A stretch of DNA of 64,000 bases from Alphaproteobacteria bacterium (GTDB lineage: Bacteria > Pseudomonadota > Alphaproteobacteria > CALKHQ01), in contig CBDDFZ010000001.1 of the NCBI GenBank assembly GCA_965227515.1, forward strand, positions 288,001 through 352,000. Reading direction: 5' to 3'. Below, in pieces: positions 47,657-58,027 of the stretch. Positions within the stretch are counted from its first letter, which is position 1; each line of letters opens with the position of its first letter. The translations under genes and the position numbers were made by a program. A model generated the notes under the pieces. That model searched no databases. It was not told the origin of the DNA and saw only the letters and a program-made list of their open reading frames with translations.

Positions 47657-49951
47657 TTACTCCATCCCGCGCGGGCGCTTCTTTTCCGGGTCGTAGAACG
47701 GGAACCGCACCACCGTCGCCGGAATGCGCTTCTGGTGGCCGTCGATCTTGCCGACCTCCACCTCGGTGCCCTCGTCGGCAAACTCCACCGCCATGCGGCA
47801 GAGCGCGACGTTCTTGCCCAGCAATGGCGAGCGGCAGCCGGAGGTGACGACGCCAATCTGGCTGCGCCCGACATGGACGCAGTCGCCATGGCCCGCCGGC
47901 TCGTTGCCGGCCAGTTCCAGCCCGACCAGCTTGCGTTGCGGGCTCGCCTTGCGCTTCTCCAGCGCCGCGCGGCCGATGAAGTCGTCGTCGTTCTTCAGGG
48001 CCACCGTGAAGCCGATGCCGGCTTCGAACGGGTCCACCTGGTCGTCGAACTCATAGCCGTAGAAGATGAGGCCTGATTCGATCCTGAGCACGTCGAGCGC
48101 GCCCAAGCCGAGCGGCGCGATATCGTGGGCCTCTCCAGCGGCGAACACCGCGTCCCACACGGCAGGCGCGTCCTTGGGGTGGCACCACACCTCATAGCCC
48201 AGCTCACCGGTGTAGCCGGTGCGGCTGACCATCACCGGAATGCCGTGGAACCCGCCGATGCGCCCGATGGTGAACTTGAACCAGTCGATCTCGGCCACGG
48301 CGGGCTGCGCCGGCGGCGTCCACACCACCTCGGCCAGCACGTCGCGGCTCTTCGGCCCCTGGACCGCGATGTTGTGGATCTGGTCGCTGGCGCTCTTCAC
48401 CCACACCCGCCAGCCATGCGCCTCGGCCTGTTCGCGCAGCCAGATGCCGCCATAGTGGTCGCCGCCGATCCAGCGGAAGTTGTCCTGGCCCAGCCGGAAC
48501 AGCGTGCCGTCGTCCAGCATGCCGCCGGTCTGGTTGCACATGGCGGTGTAGACGATGCCGCCGGCGGCCAGGCGCTTCACGTTGCGGGTCAGGGTGTACT
48601 GCAGCAGCTCCTCGGCATCTGGTCCGTTCACCTCGAACTTGCGCAACGGCGACAGGTCCATCGCCACCACGCCCTCGCGGCAGGCCCAGTATTCCGCCTC
48701 CAGCCCCTTGTTGTTGAAATGGGTGGGCAGCCAATAGCCGCGATACTCGGTGAAGTTGCGGGTCAGGGCCGAGGTGCGCGGGTGAAACCCGGTTTCCTTG
48801 GTCATCTGCGGTTCGGCGTCTGGTGTCATGCGATAAGCCACGGCGCGTTGGAAAGACTGGTTGGCGGCATAGACCCGGACATGGATGTCGGTGGGCACCC
48901 AGCCATTGGCGGGATCGATGTCGTCGGGACAGGACGAGGAGGCGCAGACCAGGTCGGTGCCGGCGCGGAACAGCACATGGTCGCCGGGGCGCGACCACGG
49001 CTCGTCGACCAGGTACTGGTTGTGCTCGTCGATGGCGGTGTTGAAGAACAGGTTGATCGCGGCCCAGCCCTTGCGCGGCGCCACGCCATAGTCGGCCAGC
49101 GCGGCATTGAAGTTCTCCGAGCAGTTGGCATGGCCGAAATAGCCCATGTCCTCATAGTAGCGCGCCGTGCAGGCGAGCCCGAAGGTGTCGTGCCGGCCGC
49201 AGGTGTCCTGAATCACCTCCAGCGTCGCCTGCATGTCCTGGTCGAAGTATTTGGCGTGCAGGCCCGGCGTCGGGTAGCCGAGCCCGATCAGCGAGCGCGT
49301 GGTGGTGGCGTCCAGCGGCCGCTCGATCCCCTTGTCGAGCAGGCGGGCGTCGAACGCTTGCAGGTCGGAGCATTGCCGGCCCGACACGTCGATGATCTGC
49401 AGGTACTGCCCCGCCTCCACCCGATAGGCGATGGCGGTGGCGGCATCGACCCTGGCCTCGAACACCGGTTCGGCCAGCGGCGGCGGCAGCGGATGCGCCA
49501 CGGTCTCGGTCACCCGGGCGCGGGTGATGGTGACCTTCAGGTCGGTCGGCGGGGCCTGGTCGTGCGGCGACATCGGGCCGCCGGGGGCCGCGACCGCCAG
49601 CGTGCACACACCCTGGGCCGTGAACGCAAGTTCCGCGCCGGGCGGCGAGTCCGCATCGTCGAACGCCCGATGCACCCGCCGGCCCTCGCCATCGCTGGCA
49701 TTGGCGGCGAGCCCCAGCACGCCGGTGTCGCCCGTGCCATCGGGCAGCACGGCGGCCACCAGACACGGCTGGCGGCCCTCCGGGTCGGTCACGCGCACCG
49801 CATCGCCAGCGGCCAGCGCAACGGTCAGCGACCCGCCGCCTTTCACCCGATAGCGCTCCAGCCCGGGCACGAACGGCACCAGTCCGGGCTCGCGCAGGCG
49901 CGGCCGTTCGACTGTCGGTGCAGTGCCTTGCAACTGGGATGCTCCGTTCAT
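47657..49951 (-). CDS. tdm: Trimethylamine N-oxide demethylase (DUF1989 + GcvT aminomethyltransferase)
   Basis: DTCGRHD.F.LAC..RYY..MGY.GH.NCSENFN, SSCPDDID.ANGW.PTDIHVR, DLSPLRKF, SRTGYTGELGYE, PFYDP.K. Start 49951 or 49996. Confidence 0.85.
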   Translation of the reverse strand: MNGASQLQGTAPTVERPRLREPGLVPFVPGLERYRVKGGGSLTVALAAGDAVRVTDPEGRQPCLVAAVLPDGTGDTGVLGLAANASDGEGRRVHRAFDDADSPPGAELAFTAQGVCTLAVAAPGGPMSPHDQAPPTDLKVTITRARVTETVAHPLPPPLAEPVFEARVDAATAIAYRVEAGQYLQIIDVSGRQCSDLQAFDARLLDKGIERPLDATTTRSLIGLGYPTPGLHAKYFDQDMQATLEVIQDTCGRHDTFGLACTARYYEDMGYFGHANCSENFNAALADYGVAPRKGWAAINLFFNTAIDEHNQYLVDEPWSRPGDHVLFRAGTDLVCASSSCPDDIDPANGWVPTDIHVRVYAANQSFQRAVAYRMTPDAEPQMTKETGFHPRTSALTRNFTEYRGYWLPTHFNNKGLEAEYWACREGVVAMDLSPLRKFEVNGPDAEELLQYTLTRNVKRLAAGGIVYTAMCNQTGGMLDDGTLFRLGQDNFRWIGGDHYGGIWLREQAEAHGWRVWVKSASDQIHNIAVQGPKSRDVLAEVVWTPPAQPAVAEIDWFKFTIGRIGGFHGIPVMVSRTGYTGELGYEVWCHPKDAPAVWDAVFAAGEAHDIAPLGLGALDVLRIESGLIFYGYEFDDQVDPFEAGIGFTVALKNDDDFIGRAALEKRKASPQRKLVGLELAGNEPAGHGDCVHVGRSQIGVVTSGCRSPLLGKNVALCRMAVEFADEGTEVEVGKIDGHQKRIPATVVRFPFYDPEKKRPRGME

Positions 49952-50074
49952 GGCGAAGACTATGGGCCAGGCAAGATTGGAATACAAGCGGTCCAAAATT
50001 GGTTTGCAATTGGTCCATTCTGGATCGGGCGCTTGGGGCTTGAGAAGGGTGCTGCGCCATGGCTATCCTGCCCC

Positions 50075-50548
50075 ATGGCCATCGACGAACGCGCGTTGCG
50101 CGATGCGCTGGGCGGATTTTGCACCGGCGTTACAGTAGTGACCGCGCAAACGCCGGAGGGTGAACGGCTCGGCATAACCGTGAGCTCGTTCAATTCGGTA
50201 TCGCTCGATCCGCCGTTGATCCTGTTCAGCCTGGACCTGAAGGCGCTCTCCATCGAGGGCTTTCGCGCCGCCGGCAGCTTCGCCATCAATGTGCTGAGCG
50301 CATCGCAGGAGGATATGTGCCTGCAATTCGCCCAGCCGAAGGGTGACAAGTGGGCCGGGGTCGATTTCCGGTACGGCGAGACCGGCGCCCCCATTCTGGA
50401 CGGTTGCGTGACCACCTTGGATTGCCGCACCTACGCCATCTACGACGGCGGCGACCATCTGATCTTCGTCGGCGAGGTCGTGGACATCGCGACCGACGCG
50501 GCGGTGCAACCCCTGCTCTACTATCGCGGGCGCTTCCACCGGCTGTGA
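50075..50548 (+). CDS. Flavin reductase domain protein (RutF/HpaC-like)
   Basis: LRDALG.FCTGVTVVT, SFNSVSLDPPL, GGDHLIFVGEV, PLLYYRG. Confidence 0.92.
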   Translation: MAIDERALRDALGGFCTGVTVVTAQTPEGERLGITVSSFNSVSLDPPLILFSLDLKALSIEGFRAAGSFAINVLSASQEDMCLQFAQPKGDKWAGVDFRYGETGAPILDGCVTTLDCRTYAIYDGGDHLIFVGEVVDIATDAAVQPLLYYRGRFHRL

Positions 50549-50724
50549 TCGCCAAAGAGCTGCAATCTCGCGGGAAGTCGCCGCGCGATGCGCCAAAATG
50601 ACCGCCAAGAAATGGCTGGTTAATGACAGCCAGTTAATCTAACCATCGCGGTCGCGCACGCCGGTTCATCCCCCGATGAGTCCCTTCCGAAGGGCGAGCG
50701 TGCGCCGTCATGAGGTGAGTGCCG

Positions 50725-52728
50725 ATGTGCGGCTTGGTAGCCGTATTCGATCGATCGGGCCGGCCCGTCGACGACGGTCTGGTGCTTCGCATGCGCGATA
50801 CCATCGTGCACCGCGGCCCCGACGATGCCGGCCTGGCCCATCCGGCGGCCTTCCCAACCTCCTCCACAACGACATCCAGCGACGACGGGACGGACCCCAC
50901 GGTCGCCCTGGGCAGCCGCCGGCTCGCGATCTTGGATCTCAGCGCCGCCGGGCACATGCCGATGGTGTCGGCGGACGGCCGGATGATGCTGGCCTACAAT
51001 GGCGAGATCTACAATTTCGCCACGCTGCGCGCCGAGCTCGAGGCCGAGGGCGTATCGTTCCGCTCCCGTACCGACACCGAGGTGGTGCTGGAAGGCCTGG
51101 CACGACACGGCCCGGCGTATCTCGAGCGGCTGGTCGGCATGTTCGCGCTGGCGGCCTGGGATGCGCGGTCCCAGTCGCTGCTTCTGGCACGCGACCCGGC
51201 GGGCAAGAAGCCGCTCTATACGGCCTGGGCCGGCGACCGGCTCTATGTCGCCTCCGAGATCAAGGCGCTGTTGTGCGCGCCGGAACTGACCCGCGCCATC
51301 GACCCGGTGGCGCTGCAACAGTACATGACGCTGCAATTCGTGCTGCCGCCGCGCACGCTGTTTGCCGGCATCGGCAAGCTGGCGCCCGGCGAGGCGATGG
51401 TGGTGCCGCGCGCGGGCGAGGTCCGCCGGACCCGGTTCTGGCAGCCCTACGGCCATGTCGACCGGGATCGCGACTGGCACGACCATGCCCGGCTGGTCAG
51501 CGACGTGCGCGACGCGCTGGACCGCGCGGTCGCCGAACGCATGGTCGCCGACGTTCCCATCGGCGCCTATCTCAGCGGCGGGCTCGATTCCAGCCTGGTG
51601 GTGGCGCTGATGCAGCGGCACACCGACCGGGCGGTCGATGCCTTCACCATCACCTATCCCGAGCACCCCGACGCCGACGAGCGCGCGTTCGCGCAGATCG
51701 CCGCCGATCATACGGGTGCGCGGCTTCACACGGTGCCGGTCACCGAGGCGAACGCCCTGGATGGCCTGGACGCCTATGCCTGGCACGCCGACGTGCCGAT
51801 CGCCGATCCGGCCGCCGTAAATGCCTTCTGGACCAGCCATGGGCTGCGCACCCACGGCGTGGTCGTGGCGCTGGTCGGCGAGGGCGCCGACGAGCTGTTC
51901 TTCGGCTACCCCGGATATTTCCAGTACCAGCGGATGGCCCGGCTGTGGCGCGCCAACCGATGGCTGCCGCGCCCGCTGCGGCGGCTGGAGGGCGCGGCGC
52001 TGGCCTGGGCGATGGCGCGGACCGGGCGGGCCCGGCACGCCGACGTTGCGCGCCGTCTGGTCGACCTGGACACCATGTTCCTGACCCACGAGACCGGATT
52101 CGACCTGCCTGAGGTGGCGGGGCTGTTGGGGGCGACCTCGCCGACCCTGTCCGCCGGCCCCAGCGCGGGCCACGCCGTCGCGGACCTTCAGGCCGGCTTT
52201 TCCGCCGCGACCGGGGGCGACACCCTGAAGCTGGTCAGCACCACCGACCTGATGGCGCGGGTGGCCGAGAAACTGCTGATGCGGGTCGACAAGATGTCGA
52301 TGGCGCATTCGCTGGAAGCCCGCGCGCCTTTCATGGATCGCCGGCTGATCGACCTGGTGCTGCCGATCCCCGGCGACCTGCGGGGCCGCGCCGCACCGGG
52401 CCGCGCGCCGGAAACCAAGGGCCTGCTGCGCGCGGTGGCCGAGCCGCTGCTGCCGCCCGAGATCATCCGCCGGCCGAAGATGGGCTTCCAGCCGCCGATC
52501 GGCCACTGGCTGGCCACCAGCCTGGGCGACCGGTTCACCGACATCATCGCCAAGGGCCGCATCTTTGCCGACGGCATCTTGCGGCCGGAGCCGTGCAAGG
52601 CGCTGCTCGCCGCCCATCGTGCCGGCGGCGGGCGTCACCAGGTGAAGCTGTGGAACGTGATGTCGCTCGCCCTGTGGTATGAGCGCTTCGGCGTGAACGG
52701 GGTCGTGGGCATGGCCGAGGCGGCGTGA
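50725..52728 (+). CDS. asnB: Class II glutamine amidotransferase, asparagine synthase (AsnB) family
   Basis: MCG N-terminal Cys, HRGPD, RRLAILD, YNGEIYN, LSGGLDSS, GEGADELF.GY, DKMSMAHSLEARAPF. Confidence 0.93.
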   Translation: MCGLVAVFDRSGRPVDDGLVLRMRDTIVHRGPDDAGLAHPAAFPTSSTTTSSDDGTDPTVALGSRRLAILDLSAAGHMPMVSADGRMMLAYNGEIYNFATLRAELEAEGVSFRSRTDTEVVLEGLARHGPAYLERLVGMFALAAWDARSQSLLLARDPAGKKPLYTAWAGDRLYVASEIKALLCAPELTRAIDPVALQQYMTLQFVLPPRTLFAGIGKLAPGEAMVVPRAGEVRRTRFWQPYGHVDRDRDWHDHARLVSDVRDALDRAVAERMVADVPIGAYLSGGLDSSLVVALMQRHTDRAVDAFTITYPEHPDADERAFAQIAADHTGARLHTVPVTEANALDGLDAYAWHADVPIADPAAVNAFWTSHGLRTHGVVVALVGEGADELFFGYPGYFQYQRMARLWRANRWLPRPLRRLEGAALAWAMARTGRARHADVARRLVDLDTMFLTHETGFDLPEVAGLLGATSPTLSAGPSAGHAVADLQAGFSAATGGDTLKLVSTTDLMARVAEKLLMRVDKMSMAHSLEARAPFMDRRLIDLVLPIPGDLRGRAAPGRAPETKGLLRAVAEPLLPPEIIRRPKMGFQPPIGHWLATSLGDRFTDIIAKGRIFADGILRPEPCKALLAAHRAGGGRHQVKLWNVMSLALWYERFGVNGVVGMAEAA

Positions 52729-53864
52729 CGATGCCGCGCCTGCTGGAACCGAAAAACCGGCCGCTGCCGTCCGATATCCGCGAACTGACGTCGGTCCGCT
52801 TCTTCGCCGCGATCTGGGTGGTCATCCTGCACTTCGGGTTCGAGCTGCCGGTCCCGCTGGCGGAGGTCTCGCCGGTGTTCGAGCGCGGCGACCTGGGCGT
52901 CGACCTGTTTTTCATCCTGTCGGGCTTCATCCTGACCCACGTCTACCTGGACGGGTTCGCCGACGGGCGGTTCTCCTACCCGCGCTACATCCTCTACCGC
53001 CTGGGGCGCGTCTATCCGCTGCACCTGGTGACCTTGGCGGCCGCGATTGCGGTCATCGTGCTCGCCCAGGCCATGGGCGTCGCGGCCGAAGGGCCGGTGC
53101 CCTGGGGCGACCTGCCCGCCCACCTGCTGATGATCCACGCCTGGGGCACCACGGGCCAGACCGCCTTCAACGACCCGTCATGGTCGATCAGCGCGGAGTG
53201 GTTCGCCTATCTGGCGACGCCGGTGTTCTTCTTCATCGCGGTCAGGCTGGGGCGGTGGCCCATCGCCTTCGTCGCGGCCGGTGTCGCGCTGGTGCTGGCG
53301 GCCGACCAGTTCGCCAGGTACGTGATCGGCCGGCCGCTGACCCTGCTGATCCTGGACTACGCCGTGTTGCGCATCGCGGTCGAGTTCCTGCTTGGCTGCG
53401 CCCTCTACAAGCTGAGTGCGGCGGTCACATGCACGCGCTGGGTTGCCACGGCAATGGCGGTGGCGTGCGCCGTGGCGGCGCTGGCGCTGCTGCATTTCGG
53501 CGTCGATGCCATCGTGGTCGTGCTGCTGCACGGCGGGCTGGTCTTTGCGCTGTCGCAAATGTCCAAGCACAGCGCGGGCAACCCGATGCGCTGGAACGCG
53601 CTGGTCTACCTGGGCGAGATTTCGTACGCGATCTACATGTGCCACGCACTGGTCGACCGGGTGTATTTCTTCGAGGCCAAGAACCTGCTTGGCTACCCAT
53701 CCGGCCTGCCGCTGCCTTATTGGCTGCCGGCATTTATCGTGCTGTTCGCCGCCGCAGCGATTGCCCATCACTGGATCGAACTGCCCGGCCGCGTGCTCGT
53801 GCGGCGCTGCACCGACCGCTGGTTCCCGAAACGCGACCCCATCAGCACCCAGATCGTGCATTGA
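52725..53864 (+). CDS. Acyltransferase-3 (OafA-like) membrane O-acyltransferase
   Basis: LTSVRFFAA..V...H, GVDLFFILSGF, R..RVYP, WSISAEW..Y, GEISYAIY..H. Confidence 0.92.
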   Translation: MTMPRLLEPKNRPLPSDIRELTSVRFFAAIWVVILHFGFELPVPLAEVSPVFERGDLGVDLFFILSGFILTHVYLDGFADGRFSYPRYILYRLGRVYPLHLVTLAAAIAVIVLAQAMGVAAEGPVPWGDLPAHLLMIHAWGTTGQTAFNDPSWSISAEWFAYLATPVFFFIAVRLGRWPIAFVAAGVALVLAADQFARYVIGRPLTLLILDYAVLRIAVEFLLGCALYKLSAAVTCTRWVATAMAVACAVAALALLHFGVDAIVVVLLHGGLVFALSQMSKHSAGNPMRWNALVYLGEISYAIYMCHALVDRVYFFEAKNLLGYPSGLPLPYWLPAFIVLFAAAAIAHHWIELPGRVLVRRCTDRWFPKRDPISTQIVH

Positions 53865-54020
53865 ACTCTTCTCAGCTTCCGCTGAAGTCTGCGCCAGCCC
53901 TCGCTCATTACCCTGCGGTCGCGCATCCGCGCGCCCTTTTGGCACCCGGCCACCCAGCAGGATATTGTCGTTGGGTGGCCGGGCCGGGCAGAGGGCCGGT
54001 GCCGACTTGAACCGAAAGCC
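53862..54020 (+). mobile_element. Family-A MITE copy 4 (degenerate, with internal insertion)
   Basis: TCAGCTT.CGCTGAAGTCTGCGCCAGCCCT-[~40 bp extra]-CACCCGGCCACCCAGCAGGATA...GAGGGCCGGTGCCGACTT. Confidence 0.8.
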
Positions 54021-54092
54021 AGCTTGGTTCTCGCCTGCCGTCGCGCGACCCACTATGGTGCCGGCGTTTCGCAGATCCAACGCACGCACGGC

Positions 54093-55517
54093 ATGACAAA
54101 CGACAGCAAAGACAACGCCAAGACCCAGGACGACCGCACCGCCAACAAGATGTGGGGTGGCCGGTTCGAGACCGCGCCCGACGCGGTGATGGAGCAGATC
54201 AACGCCTCCATCGGCTTCGACCAACGGCTCTACCGGCAGGACATCGCCGGCAGCCTGGCGCACGCGCGCATGCTGGTGGCCCAGGGCATCATCGGCGCCG
54301 CCGACGGCCAGCAGATCGCAGATGGCTTGGCCGAGATCGAGCGCGAGATTGACGACGGCCAGTTCGCGTTCTCCACCGCGCTGGAAGACATCCACATGAA
54401 CGTGGAGGCCCGGCTGACCGCGCTGATCGGCCCGGCGGCCGGACGGCTGCATACCGCGCGCTCGCGCAACGACCAGGTGGCGACCGACTTCAAGCTGTGG
54501 GTGCGCGACGCCATCGACAATGTCGATGGCCTGCTGGCCGACCTGCAGGCTGCCCTGATCGGGCAGGCCGAAGGCCACGCCGCGACCCTGATGCCGGGCT
54601 ACACCCATCTGCAGACCGCGCAGCCGATCACCTTCGGCCACCACCTGCTGGCCTATGTGGAGATGTTCGGGCGCGACCGGGGCCGGTTCGCCGACGCCCG
54701 CGCACGGCTGAACGAGTGCCCGCTGGGTGCCGCGGCGCTGGCCGGCACCGCGTTCCCCATCGACCGCGCGGCGACGGCGCAGGCGCTGGGCTTCGACCGG
54801 CCCACCGCCAACTCGCTGGACAGCGTCTCGGACCGCGACTTCGCGCTTGAGTTCCTGTCCGCCGCCGCCATTGCCGCCACTCACCTCTCACGCTTCGCCG
54901 AGGAGCTGGTGCTGTGGAGCAGCCAGGAGTTCGGCTTCATCCAGCTTAGCGATGCCTGGACCACCGGCAGCTCGATCATGCCGCAGAAGCGCAATCCCGA
55001 CGCCGCCGAACTGGTGCGCGGCAAGGCCGGGCGCATTATCGGCGCGATGATCGCGCTGATGACGGTGATGAAGGGCCTGCCGATGGCCTATGGCAAGGAC
55101 ATGCAGGAGGACAAGGAGCCGGTGTTCGAGGCCCATGACAGCCTCGCACTCTGCCTGGCCGCCAGCGCCGGCATGGCGCGCGACATCCAGGCCGATCCGG
55201 CGGCCATGCGCCGGTCGCTGGAGCGCGGCTTCCCCACCGCCACCGACCTGGCCGACTGGCTGGTGCGCGAGGCCGGTTTGCCCTTCCGCGAAGCGCACCA
55301 TATTACCGGTCAGGTCGTTCGACTGGCGGAGGAGCGGGGCTGTGGCCTCGCCGACTTGCCGCTGGACGGCTTGCAGGCCATCGAGCCGAAAATCACCGAC
55401 GCGGTCTATGCCGCGCTCGACATCGACCGGGCGGTTGCCAGCCGCAACAGCCTGGGCGGCACCGCGCCCGACCGGGTGCGCGACGCCGCCGCCGCCGCCA
55501 GAAAGAGGTTCCTGTGA
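54093..55517 (+). CDS. argH: Argininosuccinate lyase
   Basis: [35 protein letters not shown]. Confidence 0.97.
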   Translation: MTNDSKDNAKTQDDRTANKMWGGRFETAPDAVMEQINASIGFDQRLYRQDIAGSLAHARMLVAQGIIGAADGQQIADGLAEIEREIDDGQFAFSTALEDIHMNVEARLTALIGPAAGRLHTARSRNDQVATDFKLWVRDAIDNVDGLLADLQAALIGQAEGHAATLMPGYTHLQTAQPITFGHHLLAYVEMFGRDRGRFADARARLNECPLGAAALAGTAFPIDRAATAQALGFDRPTANSLDSVSDRDFALEFLSAAAIAATHLSRFAEELVLWSSQEFGFIQLSDAWTTGSSIMPQKRNPDAAELVRGKAGRIIGAMIALMTVMKGLPMAYGKDMQEDKEPVFEAHDSLALCLAASAGMARDIQADPAAMRRSLERGFPTATDLADWLVREAGLPFREAHHITGQVVRLAEERGCGLADLPLDGLQAIEPKITDAVYAALDIDRAVASRNSLGGTAPDRVRDAAAAARKRFL

Positions 55518-56284
55518 AGATCCAGCCCGTAGCGTTCACTGCACATGCAACTGCCGGACAGTCCACTGGGCGCGCGCCGCCGGCCGACGACCTGGTGCTC
55601 TATGAGCTGGCCGGCGTCGAGGGCCGGGTCTTCAGCCCGTTCTGCTGGCGCGCGCGCCTGGCACTGGCCCACAAGGGCCTGGCCTTCACCTGCCAGCCGA
55701 CCGTCTATGCCGAGATCGCCGGTATCGGCGACGGCACCCACAAGACCGTGCCGGTGCTGCAGCACGGCACCACGTTCGTCCACGACAGCGCGGCCATAGC
55801 GGATTACCTGGAGACCAATTGGCCGGACCGGCCCTCGCTGTTCGGCGGCATCGCCGGGCGCGCGCTGACCGACTTCGTGAAGGCGTGGACCGAGTCCGTG
55901 CAGCCGCGCCTGATGCAGATGATCTGCGTCGACATCCACGACCATCTCGATCCCGGCGACCGCGATTATTTCCGCGAAACGCGGCAGCATCGCCTGGGCA
56001 AGGCGCTGGAGGACTGCCAGGGCGCGCGGGACGGCAATATCGAAGCCTACAGGCAGGCATTGCAGCCGCTGCGCGCGGTGCTGGGGGCGCACTCGTTCAT
56101 CGGTGGGGAGGCGCCGCTCTATGCCGACTACATCGTGCTCGCCATGTTCATGTGGGCGCGCTCGGTCAGCCCGTTCCAGGTGCTGGCCGACGACGACCCG
56201 ATCCGCGGCTGGATCGGGCGCTGCCGTGGGCTGATGGGCGAGGTGATGGACGGCACGGTGGGCTATGACGAAACCCTCCGATAA
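55514..56284 (+). CDS. Glutathione S-transferase, LigE beta-etherase-like
   Basis: LYELAG...[43 protein letters not shown]. Confidence 0.82.
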   Translation: MKIQPVAFTAHATAGQSTGRAPPADDLVLYELAGVEGRVFSPFCWRARLALAHKGLAFTCQPTVYAEIAGIGDGTHKTVPVLQHGTTFVHDSAAIADYLETNWPDRPSLFGGIAGRALTDFVKAWTESVQPRLMQMICVDIHDHLDPGDRDYFRETRQHRLGKALEDCQGARDGNIEAYRQALQPLRAVLGAHSFIGGEAPLYADYIVLAMFMWARSVSPFQVLADDDPIRGWIGRCRGLMGEVMDGTVGYDETLR

Positions 56285-57440
56285 AGGAAACCGCCTGGGC
56301 CTCGCGACCCGGGTCATTCACGCCGGCCAAGAGCCCGACCCCACCACCGGCGCCATCATGACGCCGATCTACGCCACCTCCACCTTCGTGCAGGCGAGCC
56401 CCGGCCAGCACAAGGGCTATGAGTACGCGCGCACCGCCAACCCCACCCGCGGCGCGTTCGAGCGCTGTATCGCCGACCTGGAGAACGGGCGGGCCGGCTT
56501 CGCCTTCGCCTCCGGCATGGCGGCGACCGCGACCGTGCTGGAGCTGCTGGACTCAGGCGACCACGTCGTCGCCATGGACGACCTCTATGGCGGCACCTAC
56601 CGGCTGTTCGAGCGCGTGCGCAAGCGCACCGCCGGGCTCGATTTCAGCTTCGTCGACCTGACCGACCCGGCGGCGCTCGACGCCGCGATCAAGCCGAACA
56701 CCCGGATGGTGTGGGTGGAGACGCCGACCAACCCGATGATGCGGCTGGTCGACCTGGCCGCCATCGCCGAGCGCGCCAAGCGGCACAACATCCTGGCGGT
56801 CGCCGACAACACCTTCGCCACCCCGGCGCTGCAGCGCCCGCTGGACCACGGCTTCGACATCGTGGTGCACTCGGTGACCAAGTTCATCAACGGCCATTCC
56901 GACATGGTGGGCGGCGTGGTGGTGGTCGGACCTCGGCCCGAGCTGGCCGAGCAGATGGCGTTCCTGCAGAACGCGGTCGGCGCCATCGCCGGGCCGTTCG
57001 ACAGCTTCCTGGCGCTCAGGGGGGTAAAGACCCTGTCGGTGCGCGTCGACCGCCACAACACCAACGGGCAGGCAATTGCCGCCTTCCTGGAGGCGCACCC
57101 GAAGGTGGAGCAGGTGATCTACCCGGGGCTTGCCAGCCACCCACAGCATGAGCTCGCCAAGCGCCAGATGACCGGCGGGTTCGGCGGCATGATCACCGCC
57201 ACGCTCAGCGGCGGGCTGGACCAGGCGCGCCGCTTCCTGGAGCGGGTGGAGATCTTCGCGCTGGCCGAGAGCCTGGGCGGAGTGGAAAGCCTGATCGAAC
57301 ACCCGGCGATCATGACCCACGCCTCGATCCCCCCGGAGGTGCGCGCCGAACTCGGCATCTCCGACGGGCTGGTGCGGCTGTCCTGCGGCATCGAGGATGT
57401 CGACGACCTGATCGCCGACCTGGAGCAGGCGCTGGCTTAG
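56265..57440 (+). CDS. metB: Cystathionine gamma-synthase/lyase (Cys/Met PLP enzyme)
   Basis: YARTANPTR, FASGMAA, YGGT, ETPTNP, HSVTKFINGHSD, AESLGGVESL. Confidence 0.88.
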   Translation: MTKPSDKGNRLGLATRVIHAGQEPDPTTGAIMTPIYATSTFVQASPGQHKGYEYARTANPTRGAFERCIADLENGRAGFAFASGMAATATVLELLDSGDHVVAMDDLYGGTYRLFERVRKRTAGLDFSFVDLTDPAALDAAIKPNTRMVWVETPTNPMMRLVDLAAIAERAKRHNILAVADNTFATPALQRPLDHGFDIVVHSVTKFINGHSDMVGGVVVVGPRPELAEQMAFLQNAVGAIAGPFDSFLALRGVKTLSVRVDRHNTNGQAIAAFLEAHPKVEQVIYPGLASHPQHELAKRQMTGGFGGMITATLSGGLDQARRFLERVEIFALAESLGGVESLIEHPAIMTHASIPPEVRAELGISDGLVRLSCGIEDVDDLIADLEQALA

Positions 57441-57500
57441 GCCGCGAACTCTCGCGCCGTCGCACCGCCCGGCCGACAGTACTCGGCAAGGCTTCAATCC

Positions 57501-57515
57501 TTAACGACATATTAA
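57501..57515. promoter_or_regulatory. CtrA box
   Basis: Exact TTAA-CGACATA-TTAA (TTAA-N7-TTAA) in an AT-rich patch upstream of the 57644 ORF. Confidence 0.65.
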
Positions 57516-57643
57516 AGCTTGTGATCGCGGTCACAGGCCGCGCTCGAATTGCGGCCGTGGTGTGAAACCTTTTGGGCAAGTGCGGCGACCACTGGATATT
57601 CGGCCCAACAGAGGCCGTAAATAATGAGACGGAGAAGAGACCA

Positions 57644-58027
57644 ATGTTGAAGAAAACCATCACCACCTTTGTCGGCGCTGCTGTGATTACTGCGGCAACT
57701 TCGGCTTCACTGTTCGCAGACAACGGCGCGGCACCCGCCGCCGGCGTGGCGGTCGACCAGGCGGTGGCACCGGCCATCGTCACCGCGAACCCGACGCCGA
57801 CCCTGCCCGACGACGACACGCTAGACCGGTTGGTCGACCTGCTGGGCCCTTCCGTGCCGCGCCCGGATATCGGCAACTTCGCATCGCGGCCCGGCGGCAT
57901 CGACGGCAAGACCTATTGCTGCGACCAGCAGGACAACTGCTACGAGGTCGACCTGCTGACGCTCTGCCCGGCCGACTGGATCAAGACCCACTGCGACGAC
58001 GAAGGCAACTGCGAGGACGAGGAGTAG
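57644..58027 (+). CDS. Small secreted protein with a C-terminal acidic six-cysteine domain
   Basis: GGAG RBS, MLKK-hydrophobic signal peptide, low-complexity linker, YCCDQQDNCYEVDLLTLCPADWIKTHCDDEGNCEDEE. Confidence 0.8.
   Translation: MLKKTITTFVGAAVITAATSASLFADNGAAPAAGVAVDQAVAPAIVTANPTPTLPDDDTLDRLVDLLGPSVPRPDIGNFASRPGGIDGKTYCCDQQDNCYEVDLLTLCPADWIKTHCDDEGNCEDEE

Noticed and set aside
50620-50637. Full CtrA box upstream of asnB
   Set aside because: TTAA-N10-TTAA does not fit the N7 spacing.
50725-52728. Lasso-peptide cyclase
   Set aside because: It has an intact N-terminal Cys glutaminase domain, and no B protein or precursor gene is nearby.
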